NCBI GenBank assembly: GCA_963707505.1
Contig: CAVPQB010000003.1
Coordinates: forward strand, 320,001-384,000
Source: an uncultured Gemmatimonadales bacterium
GTDB lineage: Bacteria; Gemmatimonadota; Gemmatimonadetes; Gemmatimonadales; Gemmatimonadaceae
DNA: 64,000 bases
Reading direction: 5' to 3'
Under the pieces are notes generated by a model. It did no database searches. It saw nothing but the letters and a program-made list of their open reading frames with translations, and was not told the DNA's origin. The translations under genes and the position numbers were made by a program. Of the stretch, positions 11,896-22,731 are shown piece after piece; position 1 is the stretch's first letter, and every line of letters begins with the position of its first letter.

Positions 11896-12806
11896 CCCAC
11901 GACTGGCGGCGGCGCTCCCGGGACGACGCGCCTGATCACGCCCCCGTGCTCCGCGAGCATCCGCTCAGCTGCGCCGCGATCGACATTCATCATCTGCATG
12001 ACGATCGCCGTCTTCACGAGTCCGCCCGCTGCAGCAAGCTGTTCTCGTGCACGCTCGCGCGAAACGCCCGTCACCTCGATCATGATTCGCTCGGCGCGAT
12101 CGGTGAGCTTGGCGTTGGTCGCACGCATGTCGACCATGAGATTGCCGTAAGTCTTGCCCAGCAGAATCATCGCGCCGGTCGTTATGGTGTTGAGCACCAG
12201 CTTCGTCGCCGTTCCGGCCTTGAGGCGCGTCGATCCCGTGACGACTTCCGGGCCGACAATCGTCACGATCGCTATGTCGCAGTCCACAAGAAGTGAATCT
12301 GGCGGTTGCGTGCAGGCGACGATGGCCGTATGCGCACCCAACTCGCAAGCGCGATGAATCGCGCCATGTACGAACGGCGTGGTTCCCGACGCAGCGATGC
12401 CGACCACGAAATCGAGTGGGCCGACGTTCCGCGTGTCCATCTCCTTAGCGCCAGTTGCAGGGCTGTCCTCGGCGCCCTCCTGCGAGCGCGTGAGGGCCGG
12501 CGCACCGCCCGCGATTATTCCCTGCACCATCTCAGGATCGGTCCCGAAGGTTGGCGGACATTCGCTAGCGTCCAGCACGCCGAGCCTGCCCGAAGTACCG
12601 GAGCCGACGTAGAAGAGACGACCGCCAGCGCGGAACGCTGATGCGGCGGTATCGACTGCACGCGCGATCGCTTCGCTCTGGCCTGCCACCACGCCCGCGA
12701 TCGTGGCGTCTTCATGATTCATGAGCGCAACGATCTCTCCCGCGGTTGCGACGTCGATGTTCGCGGTTCGCGGGTTGCGCTGCTCGGTTGCCCTGTGATC
12801 TAGCAC
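11892..12806 (-). CDS. murQ: N-acetylmuramic acid 6-phosphate etherase
   Basis: TEQRNP, GSGTSGRLGVLDASECPPTFG, GPEVVTGSTRLKAGTA, GKTYGNLMVD; GTG start after terminator. Confidence 0.95.
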   Translation of the reverse strand: MLDHRATEQRNPRTANIDVATAGEIVALMNHEDATIAGVVAGQSEAIARAVDTAASAFRAGGRLFYVGSGTSGRLGVLDASECPPTFGTDPEMVQGIIAGGAPALTRSQEGAEDSPATGAKEMDTRNVGPLDFVVGIAASGTTPFVHGAIHRACELGAHTAIVACTQPPDSLLVDCDIAIVTIVGPEVVTGSTRLKAGTATKLVLNTITTGAMILLGKTYGNLMVDMRATNAKLTDRAERIMIEVTGVSRERAREQLAAAGGLVKTAIVMQMMNVDRGAAERMLAEHGGVIRRVVPGAPPPVVG

Positions 12807-12848
12807 GACGGGAAAGTTACCGCACCGCAAGGGCGGCAACCATGTACT

Positions 12849-12882
12849 AAAAAAAGCCCCGCTCGGAGGAGCGGGGCTTTTT
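12849..12882. terminator. Intrinsic terminator (potentially bidirectional)
   Basis: aaaaaagccccgctc-ggag-gagcggggcttttt: perfect stem flanked by A and T tracts. Confidence 0.85.
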
Positions 12883-12907
12883 GAACTCGCGAGGGCAGAG
12901 CAACCGA

Positions 12908-13788
12908 TCAGCTCGTGTGGACCTGAATCGGATCCTGCAGCGCTATGGTGATGTTGCCGCCGGTCGGAACGCACCCTTCGTAATTGGCCGTGGTGGCAGC
13001 GGCCCCGGCACCAGCAGCCGCGCCTACCGCACCGCCGATGATGGTTGACTTGGTGCTGTGACCCAGTATCTGTCCGACTACGGCTCCAACCGCGGCGCCG
13101 GTTCCGACTTTCTGCACGTCCTTGCTGGTCGGTTGATTCTTCACGCGATCGACCTGCGCGGAGCTGACCGACGCGGTCACGGGATAGGTATGTCCGCCGA
13201 AGCTGATGGACGTCACGCGGAAGCCCATCTGGATCTTGTCGTTGATGTTCTCGCTGCGCTTGAGCTGGGTGATCTCGAGCGACGCCTTTGCGCCCGCCGG
13301 GAATCGTTGCACCGTTGGAGCCGGTGACCGAGTTTGCAACGGTTGCCGTTACAGTCTCACCCACGTGATTCGTATTGGTGCAGATGCGCGAGTTGGACGT
13401 GAGCGCAATCGAAGTGCCCGCAGCGATCGTGCCGAGCGGCGTTTCAGCAGCGCCGGGCGTGCGCGTTACGGTATTGCCGCTCGCGGTCGTGGACGTTGTT
13501 GGCGTGTTTGGTCTCGCTCGCGTGGGCGCCGACCTTGCCGGTGTCGTCGCGCGCGGAGCGGCGGCGGTTGCCGATGGAGCGGGAGCCGGCGTCTTGGCCG
13601 CAGGCACATCGTTCAGCGCGGGCTTTGCCGCGGTGTCCGCGTTGGCAAGCTGCATGTCGCGATTGAGCGTCGAGTCCTGCGCGAGCGTGTCGTTCTTCTT
13701 ATCGCCACTGCAGGCGGCAACAGCGACCAGCACCAGCGACTGTCGGGACCGCGACTAACGCACGCGCACGTTGCATATATTTTGACAT
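12908..13788 (-). CDS. Hypothetical lipoprotein: Pro/Ala/Thr linker, beta domain, glycine zipper; frameshifted
   Basis: VAAC lipobox; GTGAAVGAVVGQILG..GGAVGAAAGAG; pieces in ORFs 11892..13733 and 12908..13339. Confidence 0.7.
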
Positions 13789-13844
13789 GGGACTCCTTTA
13801 AAAATGGCTTTGCCAGGATCAGTCCCGTTCAACGCGCAATCGGT

Positions 13845-15626
13845 GTGCCAACCTTGCTTCCAAATCTCCGCCGCCTGACCCCGTACTTCAGGCCGTACAG
13901 GACGCAACTCGTTACGGGGCTTGCGTTTGTCGTTCTTGCCGCTGGCATCACTTCTGTGATACCGTGGATCCTGCAGCGCGCGATCGACGCCATTCGGGCG
14001 GGCGTCGCGGTCAGCTCGGTCTGGGTGCTCGCCGGAGCACTCGTCGGGACGGCCCTCGTCGGCGGCGCGCTACGCTACGGGATGCGCGAGTGGATGAACG
14101 GGCTGAGCAGATGGGTCGAGTATGACCTCCGGAACCATCTGTTCGAGCATCTCGAAGCGCTGGACGCGTCGTACTATACGCGCACTCGGACCGGCGACAT
14201 CATGGCGCGCCTGACCAACGATCTGAGCGCGGTGCGGATGACGGCCGGACCGGCGATCATGTATCTCACCAACACGATGTTCGGCGGAATCTTCGCGCTG
14301 TACTTCATGTCGCGCATCGACGTGAGGCTCACGCTGCTGGCGCTATGCCCGATGATTCTGCTGCCGATCATCAGCGTGCGACTGGCGAAGCTCATCCACA
14401 TGCGCTTCGAATCGGTGCAGGAACACTTCTCGTCGCTCACCACGCACGCTCAGGAAAACCTGACGGGTGTCAGGATCGTGCGCGCGTACCGCCAGGAAGA
14501 TTCCGAGATTGCACACTTCGGTGAGTTGAACGAGGAGTATCTCACGCGCAACATGGCGCTCGTGCGTCTGTGGGGAGTCATGCATCCGCTGTTCGCGATG
14601 CTGGCTGGCGTTGGCGCGGTCATCGTGCTCGGCGCTGGCGGCGTGCTGGCGCTGCGCGGTGTCATTTCAATTGGTGCATTCGTCGCATTCGGCATGTATC
14701 TCACGATGCTGACGTGGCCGCTCATCGCACTCGGCTGGGTCATCAATCTCTTCCAGCGCGGCGACGCATCCATGGGTCGCCTGCTTCACATACTGAATGA
14801 GCAACCCGCGCATCGTGACGCACGATCCTGTGCTGCATCTTCCGCCCGCGATTGATGGACGGTCGATCGAATTTCGCAACGTGAGCTTCCACTTCCCCAC
14901 TACGGGGACCGACGAGCCGCGGTGGGTACTCGATGACGTGAGCTTCATCATACCGTCAGGCGCAACCGCCGGCATCGTCGGCGCAACCGGGAGCGGCAAG
15001 AGTGCGCTCATCGATCTCATCGCTCGCGTGTACGACCCGCAACGCGGTCAGGTTCTCATCGACGGTGTTCCGATCGACCGCATCCCACTGGATGAGCTGC
15101 GTCGCGAGATCGGCTACGTTCCGCAGGAAAGCCTGCTGTTCAGCGATACCATCGCTGCAAATCTGGCATACGGACTTGGTCCCGAGGCCAACCCTGAAGC
15201 CTGGCGCGACGCCGCCACGATCGCGCAGCTGGACGAGGCGATCGCGGCCTTCCCCGACGGCTACGACACCGTGCTCGGCGAGCGCGGGATCAATCTGTCC
15301 GGCGGACAGAAGCAGCGCGCGACTCTGGCACGCGCGCTAGCACGGCGGCCCGCAATCGTACTGCTGGACGATGCCCTTTCCGCCGTCGACACGCATACCG
15401 AGGCGAGATACTTGCCGGCCTGCGCTCCGCGCTTTCGCGGCGCACTGCTGTCATCGCATCGCACCGGGCGAGCGCACTGCGCGATGCGGCGATGATCCTG
15501 GTGCTGGACGACGGCCGGATCGTCGAGCGTGGAACCCATGCAGATCTGTTGGCTGCCGAGGGCCGCTACTGGGCGCTGCTCCGCCGCCAGCAACTGGTGG
15601 AAGAGGTCGAAACCGCCGTTGGTTGA
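13845..15626 (+). CDS. ABC exporter, fused permease/ATPase (MsbA/YheI-like); frameshifted
   Basis: TM domain with TGDIMARLTND; Walker A GATGSGKS; LSGGQKQR; LLDDALSAVD. Confidence 0.9.
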
Positions 15627-15659
15627 GGCCACCCCGCCCGTGTTGTACCTTTCCGGCAT

Positions 15660-16482
15660 ATGCACGTAACTGAACCCGCGGCAGCCCTCGATCTTCGTGC
15701 CGCGGCGCTCGAGGCCGAGCTGCAGCAGGCCCGCCGAGACCTCGCCGAGCTGCGCTCGCGCGACGCTCTCAAGACGCAGTTTCTGTCCAACATCTCGCAC
15801 GATCTGCGCACGCCGCTCACCGCGATCATCACGCACGCGGAAATTCTGCGCGACGGGATCCTGGGACCGATGTCGACCGCGTCAGCTCGAAAGCGTGGGC
15901 GGAATCATTTCCGGTGGACGGCAATTGCTGGACATGGTCGGCGAGATTCTCACCTACGCCAAGGCGACGGCGAACCGGCTGCGACTCGTGTCGACCGAAT
16001 TCGACCTTGGAGAGGTCGTGCGGCAGGCGAGTGCAATCAACGAGGCGATCGCGCGACGGCGCAATCTCTCCGTTACGACCGAGATACCGGAGTCGCTCCC
16101 CACTCTGACGGCAGATCGCGAGAAGCTCACGCACGTGCTGAACAACCTGATCGGGAACGCGATCGATTTTACGCCGGATGGGGGGCATGTATGGGTTCGC
16201 GTGTGGCACGGCGATGACGAAGATCATGTCGCGCATTTCGTCGAAGTCGGTGACACTGGAATCGGAATCGCACCCGAGCATCAGGAGCTCGTGTTCGACG
16301 AATTCGCGCAGGTCGACTCGTCCGCGTCGCGACAGCACCACGGAACCGGACTCGGGTTGACGATCGCTCGACGGTTGGTGGAGTTGCATGGCGGACGCCT
16401 CTGGGTGGAGAGCAAGCCCGGTGAGGGCGCTCGCTTCACCCTCACGATTCCCAGTGCGTCGAACGCGTCTGCTCATCGTTGA
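15660..16482 (+). CDS. Cytoplasmic histidine kinase with only a short N-terminal coiled coil; frameshifted
   Basis: ISHDLRTPLT, NLIGNA, DTGIGI, GTGLGLTI. Confidence 0.85.
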
Positions 16483-16813
16483 AGACAGCGCGCTCGTCGC
16501 ATCCGCGCTGAGACTGCTATTCGAGGAGAGCGGCTACGACGTGGATGTCGCGTCGACCGTGAAGGGGGCAATCGAGACCGCTGCTGCGACCGGCCCCGAC
16601 GTAATGCTGCTGGACCTCACGCTACCTGATGGCGACGGGCTGACGATTCTCGAGCGTTTGCGTGCGGACGGTCACGCACCGCGCAGCACGATTGCGCTTA
16701 CCGGTCACGACGACGACGAGCTTCGGCAGCGGTGCATCGACGCGGGTTGCGTCGACGTGTTGCTCAAGCCGGTTCCGATTGCGCGACTTGTGGAGCTGGT
16801 ACGATCGCTCTGA
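16454..16813 (+). CDS. Single-domain response regulator (receiver)
   Basis: LLIVED, LLDLTLPDGDG, ALTG, LLKPV. Confidence 0.88.
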   Translation: MRRTRLLIVEDSALVASALRLLFEESGYDVDVASTVKGAIETAAATGPDVMLLDLTLPDGDGLTILERLRADGHAPRSTIALTGHDDDELRQRCIDAGCVDVLLKPVPIARLVELVRSL

Positions 16814-17159
16814 ACTCGGCGCCGGTGAACTGCTCGGGTTGAAACTGCTCGCCACTTCGCTGAACGACGCCGCGCACGACTTCCTCGATCGTCACGAGCG
16901 GCGCGTCTGCTTCGGCGACTATATCCACAGCCCACTTCCCTCGATCGGTTCCCTTGACCGTAGAGCGGTAGCTGGCGGTGTACACCACGTGCCGCGGCTC
17001 GTGCGACTCCACGGACGGATCCGGATACGCCGCGACGACGGCAACGGCCGCCTCGACGCCCGACTGACGGATTACGGGAAATAGATAGAGCTCCGCGACC
17101 TGGTCGTAGCCGACACGGTCGGAGATCTCGCGAAAGAAACGTTCTGTGGTTTCGTTCAT
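16764..17159 (-). CDS. Hypothetical protein
   Basis: Globular-looking ORF MNETTERFFREI... at the end of the minus-strand run. Confidence 0.65.
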   Translation of the reverse strand: MNETTERFFREISDRVGYDQVAELYLFPVIRQSGVEAAVAVVAAYPDPSVESHEPRHVVYTASYRSTVKGTDRGKWAVDIVAEADAPLVTIEEVVRGVVQRSGEQFQPEQFTGAEFRAIVPAPQVAQSEPA

Positions 17160-17226
17160 GGATAGAAAGGTGGCGTACGGGCGCGCCGGTAGCAATCGCT
17201 CCGTTGTCCGCAACACCCGCATGGTG

Positions 17227-18018
17227 TCACTCACCGCTGACGATCCACGCCACGGCGCGCTGCGCCATCGGGCCGGCCAGCGTCAAGGACTTCAATGAAT
17301 GTGAGGCAAACGGGATCACGGAATACCTGAGCCTCGGTTTGCCAGCAGCCGCGAGCGCGGAATCGATCCCTTTGCGGCGGTCGCCAGATCCGCGGAGTAG
17401 CGCGATTCGGATGCTTGACGGCACCGAGCGAATCTCTTCCGATATCGCAAAGCTTCCCGGCTCGTCTGGCTCACCGATGTTCGCGCGATCCATTGCAGTA
17501 ACGTAGAAGTGGCTGCGCGCTGTCGGTGCGAGCGCGAGCACTCCGACGGTGTGCGGAGGTGGCGCATGCGCCGCGGTCCAAAGGGCCAGATCCGCGCCGA
17601 ATGAGTGGCCTCCAAGCACGAGCGGAAGTGAAGTCGCCCCCATCTCTCTGACCGCGCGCGCTATGACGCCATCGATTGACGAGTCGAATGCTGCCTCGCG
17701 ACTGGCATAAGGTTCGGGCAGCTGTTCGATGTACTTCTTTATATCGACACCGATGACCGTATAGCCGTTCGATGCAAGCCGCCGCGCGAGCCGGTCGTGC
17801 GCATCCCAGAATCCAACGTCGTTGCCGAAGAATATCACAACCGCCTTCGCGGAACCGGCCGCCGGATAGAAATACAGCGGAAGCGCGCGCAGGACGGGAT
17901 CTCGCGGCACATACGATGGCTTTGCAGACGGACACGCAGCGACACCAAGCGCGAGCGTCGATCCGACAAGGAGCAACGCGCGGCTGCGATGTGACGTTCG
18001 CAGATAATGCGCGGTCAC
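17227..18018 (-). CDS. AcvB/VirJ-like alpha/beta hydrolase, probable lipoprotein
   Basis: GNDVGFW, GYTVIGVD, GHSFG nucleophile elbow, VAAC lipobox. Confidence 0.65.
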   Translation of the reverse strand: MTAHYLRTSHRSRALLLVGSTLALGVAACPSAKPSYVPRDPVLRALPLYFYPAAGSAKAVVIFFGNDVGFWDAHDRLARRLASNGYTVIGVDIKKYIEQLPEPYASREAAFDSSIDGVIARAVREMGATSLPLVLGGHSFGADLALWTAAHAPPPHTVGVLALAPTARSHFYVTAMDRANIGEPDEPGSFAISEEIRSVPSSIRIALLRGSGDRRKGIDSALAAAGKPRLRYSVIPFASHSLKSLTLAGPMAQRAVAWIVSGE

Positions 18019-20292
18019 AGCAGGGTAACCGGATCGCGATCGAATGTGACTCGCAGCCCGTCTCTGGCCGGCACGGCAAATCGCTCCAGAAAATATCGGC
18101 CGACCCGCGTAAGCTCGTGCGGGTGCTCACTCTTGAGCAATACGTGCCAGCGCCAGCGCGTCTTGATGCGCTCGACCGCGCATGGCGCTGGCCCAATTAT
18201 CGTGAGCCCGGGACTTTCCCGCACGCGAATCAGACGGCGCAGCCAGCCAGCGCCGGCAATCGCAAGGTCCGCGACGCTAGACTCGACGCTGCCGCTGAAC
18301 ACGATGTTTGCGAGTCTATTGTTCGGCGGATACGCAGGTTGTACTCGTCCGGACAACTCTTCAGTGACGAACGACATGTAGTCGTGAGTCACGGCGCACT
18401 TCACCGCGTGATGACTCGGCACTCGCGTCTGGATGAGGACTTCACCACCCCGTACACCGCGTCCCGCGCGGCCGGCCACCTGGCTCAGAAGCTGGAAGCA
18501 CCGCTCGCTCGCGCGAAAGTCCGGCAGGTTGATACCGACGTCGGCGTCGATCACTCCAACGAGTGTCACGTTCGGGAAATCCAACCCCTTCGCGATCATC
18601 TGTGTCCCGAGCAGAATGTCGACCTCGCCGGCGCCAACACGATCGAGTATTTCCGCGTGCGCCCACTTGCCGGAAGTCGTATCGACATCCATGCGCGCGA
18701 CACGCGCGGAAGGAAAGCGCTCACAGATCAGTCGCTCCACCTGTTGTGTGCCGAGCCCGCGGCGCCGCAACGTCGCTCCCGCCGCATCGCTTGCACACGC
18801 GCTGCGGCTCTTCCTGATGCATGCAGTAATGACAGACCAGCCGTTCCGGCGAGCGATGATACGTGAGGGTTATGCTGCAGTTGGGACACGTTGCAACGTT
18901 GCCACAGTTCTCGCACTGGACGAACGCGGAGTAGCCGCGCCGGTTGAGCAGCAGAATGCTCTGCTCTCCGCGGTCGAGCCTGGTGCGGATCGCAGCGTCG
19001 AGCGGCGCCGTCACGATTCGCTGATAGTCATCCTCGCCCGCAGTGGTCGCCGAGTCGACCACGGCCTTGCGCAGGTCCACCACAGCAACGCTCGGCAGGG
19101 TTGCGCCGCCGACCCGATCCGGAAGTGACAGCAGCGTGAACTTGTTGGCGACGCGTTGGTCCAGCTCTCGAGCGACGGGGTCGCGCTCCCAAGCACGACG
19201 ACGGCGCCTTCCTGCGTCGCGCGTACGATCGCGGCCTCGCGTGCATGATAGCGCGGTGTCTCGCCCTGCTTGTAGCTGGACTCGTGCTCCTCGTCGACGA
19301 TGATCGCACCGATGTTGCTGAGCGGCGCGAACACCGCGGACCGTGCGCCGACCGCTATCCGCTTCTCGCCGCGCTTGAGCGCGAGCCACGCATCGTACCG
19401 CTCACCATCACTCAGCGCGCTGTGCAGCACTGCGACATCGTCGCCGAACACCGCGCGGAACCGGTCTACCGTCTGCGGCGTGAGCGCGATCTCGGGGACG
19501 AGTACGATCGCGGTCCTGCCGCGGCGCTCGACTATCTCGCGCAACAACTCGATGTACACCAGCGTCTTGCCACTGCCTGTCACGCCGTGCAGCAGGAACA
19601 CCTCGCCCGGACGCGGCCGTCCCCATCCGGTCGATCGCCGCGAGCTGTTCCGCCGTCGGTACGTGTCGCGGCTCGCTCCGTCCTACACGCGTCGCGAACG
19701 GATCGCGCTCGACACGCTCGCGATCGATGCTGATGAGTGCACGCTTCTCGAGCGCCTTGAGCACGGATGGCGAGAACTTGAGCTGCTCCAGCAGGTGCTC
19801 GACGCTCGTTGCGCCGCCCAAGCGACTCGATGAGCTCGAACAGCGCGCGCTGCTGCGGTGCTCGCACGAACGCCTTCTCGCGTTGAAGCAGGGTTGGAAT
19901 GTCGTCCCGTATGCGCACGATGCGGCGCGTCTTGACGTTCGGATGCGGTTGCGCAGCGCCCGGTCAGCGACGCCGGCAGAACGGTGCGCATCACGACGCC
20001 GAGCGGGACGACGTAATACTCCGAGATCCAGCGGCGACAGTGCGAGGAGCCCTTCGTCCAGCGCGGGCTCGGCGTCCGGCACCGCTGCGACCGCCTTGAT
20101 GACGCCTCGACCTGGCGGTGCGGCGTCCAGCGCGACGACTATCCCGATCTCCTGTCTCTTGCGGAATGGAACGAGGACGCGGCTGCCGATTCGCGCCTCG
20201 TGCTCGTATTCCCCGTCGAGTGAATAGACGAACGTCTGGAAGAGCGGCACTGGCAGCGCGACCTCCACCAGACGGCGCGCTGGATCCGTCAC
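18015..20292 (-). CDS. priA: Primosomal protein N' (replication restart helicase); frameshifted
   Basis: [35 protein letters not shown], Cys-rich region, [14 protein letters not shown]. Confidence 0.95.
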
Positions 20293-21332
20293 GCGAGATC
20301 CGTCATGCCGGCCGCCTGATGACACCGAGTCCGGGCGCATCCACCAGCCTCACCCTGCCATCGGATATCGTCGCACCCTGGAACGGATCGTCGGCGAGCA
20401 GCGCTGCGCCGTCGAAGTCGGCAGTGTCGAGCAGTGGTGCGATCTGCGCTATGGCCGATATCCCGAGCGACGTCTCGATCATGCAGCCCGCCATCACACG
20501 CAAGGTCGTGTGCGCGCGCGACGTGAACGATCCGGACCGCCTCGCGAAGACTGCCGCACTTTGCAAGCTTGATGTTGATCGCATCGCACGCTCCGGCCAG
20601 ACGCGGCACATCCGCGGCCACGAGACACGACTCGTCGGCGATTACCGGAAGACCGCAACGTTCGCGTACGAAGCGCATGCCGTCGATGTCTGCGGCAGCG
20701 ACGGGCTGCTCCAGCGACTCGACGTCATTGTCGCGCAGCATGGCTGCACGTTCGATCGCCTGTGGTGGACGTCCACGCTGCATTCGCATCGACGCGCAGC
20801 ACCTTGTCCGGTGCGGCTTCGCGCACGGTTCGCACGATCTCCTCGTCGCGATCGGTGCCAAGCTTGATCTTGAGAATCGGATATTCCGCCGCGTCGCTCA
20901 CTCGTCGGCGCAGATCCGTCGACATCGTCGATCGCGATCGTAAAGCTCGAAAGCGGGGCGGCGTCCGCGCTCAGTCCCCACAACTTGTGGAGCGGGAGGC
21001 CAGCCTTGCGCGCGTGAAGGTCGTGCATCGCAGAGCTGACGGCGGCACGAGCGGATGCGTTGCCCGCGCAGTGCAGTCGTGAGCGCGACGTCGGTCGCTT
21101 CAAGCGACCACGCTTGCGCGGACTCGATTATGGGCTGGTACCGCTCCAGAGCCGCGACGACGGTATCGGGTGATTCGCCGTAGTAGCGATTGGGGGCAGC
21201 TTCGCCCATACCGCTCACACCGTCGTCGTCGGTTATGGTGACGATCACGTTCTCGTGACCGGCATATCCCCAGCGAGCGATCACGAACGGCAACTTGGTG
21301 TGGAGCGAGACTCGCTCCCACGTGAGGTTCAT
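20289..21332 (-). CDS. Dipeptide (L-Ala-D/L-Glu) epimerase, enolase superfamily; frameshifted
   Basis: GEAAP..YYGE, KIKLG, RVDANAAW, ADESC, INIKLAKCG, MAGCMIET, DFDG. Confidence 0.88.
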
Positions 21333-21342
21333 CGCGCGACGT

Positions 21343-22350
21343 TCAGGACGTGAAGACGAACGACGGCAACGTGCGTGAGAACCAGCCGTTCCGTTTTTCC
21401 GGGTTTGGCGCACCCGTCTGCGCGAGATACTGGATCAACGCGTCAGCCACATCATTGCCGCGTTGATACCGCGCCGACGGATCCTTCGCAAGGCAGCGCA
21501 TCACGACCGCGGAGAGCGCTGCCGGCACGCGAGAGTCGACGATGTCCGGTGATACCGGAACCTCTTCGAGGTGCTTCGACGTTATCGAATAGATGTCCGC
21601 GCCGTCGAACGGCACGAATCCAACCAGCGTCTCGTACATGACGATGCCGAGCGTGTAGAGATCGCTACGGCCGTCGAGCAAACGCCCGCGCGCCTGCTCC
21701 GGCGACATGTAGTGCGGCGTGCCCATCACGTGGCCGGTCCCTGTCATGCGTCCACGGAAGTGCGCGGTCGCGATTCCGAAATCGGTGACGACCGCGTGCT
21801 CGTCCTCGTCGAACAGGACGTTGTCGGGCTTGATGTCGCGGTGCACCACGCCATGCCGATGCGCATAGTCGAGCGCGCTCGAAACCTGCGCGCACACAGC
21901 CGCAACGCGCTCCGGCGGCAGCGAGCGACGACCGGAGATACGATCACCCAGCGTGCCGCGCGAGAGATACGGCATCACCGTGTACACGTGCCGCTCCGTC
22001 ATCCCGAAGTCGATGATGTTGCAGATGTGCGGATGCACCAGCTGCGCGGCAGTCTCCGCCTCGCGCCTGAACCGTTCGCGCATGTCGGCATCGCGCGCCA
22101 GATGCGGGTGCAGCACCTTGAGCACGACGGGCCTGTCCAGCGCGTTGTGCATCGCGTAGTACACCGTCGCCATTCCGCCGTCGCCGATGCGGTGCGAGAC
22201 GCTGTAGCGTCCCCCGATCACGTGCCTGAGCGACGTGATGTCGGCGTCCGGACGCTCCTCTCGCGCCGTTACGGCAGGCAGCGCCGCATCGCAACGAGTG
22301 CACCGCGCGGCAGTACCGCGATTCCATGATCCGCATCCAGGACAGAACAC
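21343..22350 (-). CDS. Hanks-type Ser/Thr protein kinase with N-terminal zinc ribbon, cytoplasmic
   Basis: CPGC..CTRC; IGDGGMATVY, VLKVL, HRDIKPDN, TDFGIA, GTPHYMSPEQ. Confidence 0.93.
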   Translation of the reverse strand: MFCPGCGSWNRGTAARCTRCDAALPAVTAREERPDADITSLRHVIGGRYSVSHRIGDGGMATVYYAMHNALDRPVVLKVLHPHLARDADMRERFRREAETAAQLVHPHICNIIDFGMTERHVYTVMPYLSRGTLGDRISGRRSLPPERVAAVCAQVSSALDYAHRHGVVHRDIKPDNVLFDEDEHAVVTDFGIATAHFRGRMTGTGHVMGTPHYMSPEQARGRLLDGRSDLYTLGIVMYETLVGFVPFDGADIYSITSKHLEEVPVSPDIVDSRVPAALSAVVMRCLAKDPSARYQRGNDVADALIQYLAQTGAPNPEKRNGWFSRTLPSFVFTS

Positions 22351-22731
22351 CTAGGCGCCCAGCTCCATGCGGACGTAATCGTACGGCGGACGTTCGTCTT
22401 CGCGTTGCTCGATCATGGCCATCGCCTCGTGAAGCTTGCCGTAGTGCACATCCAGCCAGCGCGCCAGCACCACTTCATCGCGGAATATCGTCCCGGGTGG
22501 CGCGGGAACGATCGCACCCTTCGCGCTGAACGCATCCACCACGCGCAGATAATCCGCAAGATCGGCGTCGCTGGGCTCGCTGCGAACGTAAGGGGCGATC
22601 GCAACGACGGCAGCCAGATCACGGTACGTGACGAGCTGCACGCTCTGCTGCTCGAGCAGCGTCGGATCGCCCGCGTCCGCGTCGATCACGCCGTAAAAAC
22701 GCAGACCGGATTTGCTGCTCGCGCTAGCCAT
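22351..22731 (-). CDS. Truncated GvpF/GvpL-like protein (N-terminal domain only)
   Basis: FYGVI..YRDLAAVV..RVVD..AIVPAPPGTIFRDE..L...Y..L aligns by eye with GvpF at 34221 (YVYCII..HEDLAAVVS..VIPMSFGTVFRSEE..LLRSTY). Confidence 0.7.
   Translation of the reverse strand: MASASSKSGLRFYGVIDADAGDPTLLEQQSVQLVTYRDLAAVVAIAPYVRSEPSDADLADYLRVVDAFSAKGAIVPAPPGTIFRDEVVLARWLDVHYGKLHEAMAMIEQREDERPPYDYVRMELGA

Noticed and set aside
11892..13733. 613-aa lipoprotein-MurQ fusion in the ORF track
   Set aside because: Created by an indel; the frame reads through a clear terminator at 12849-12882
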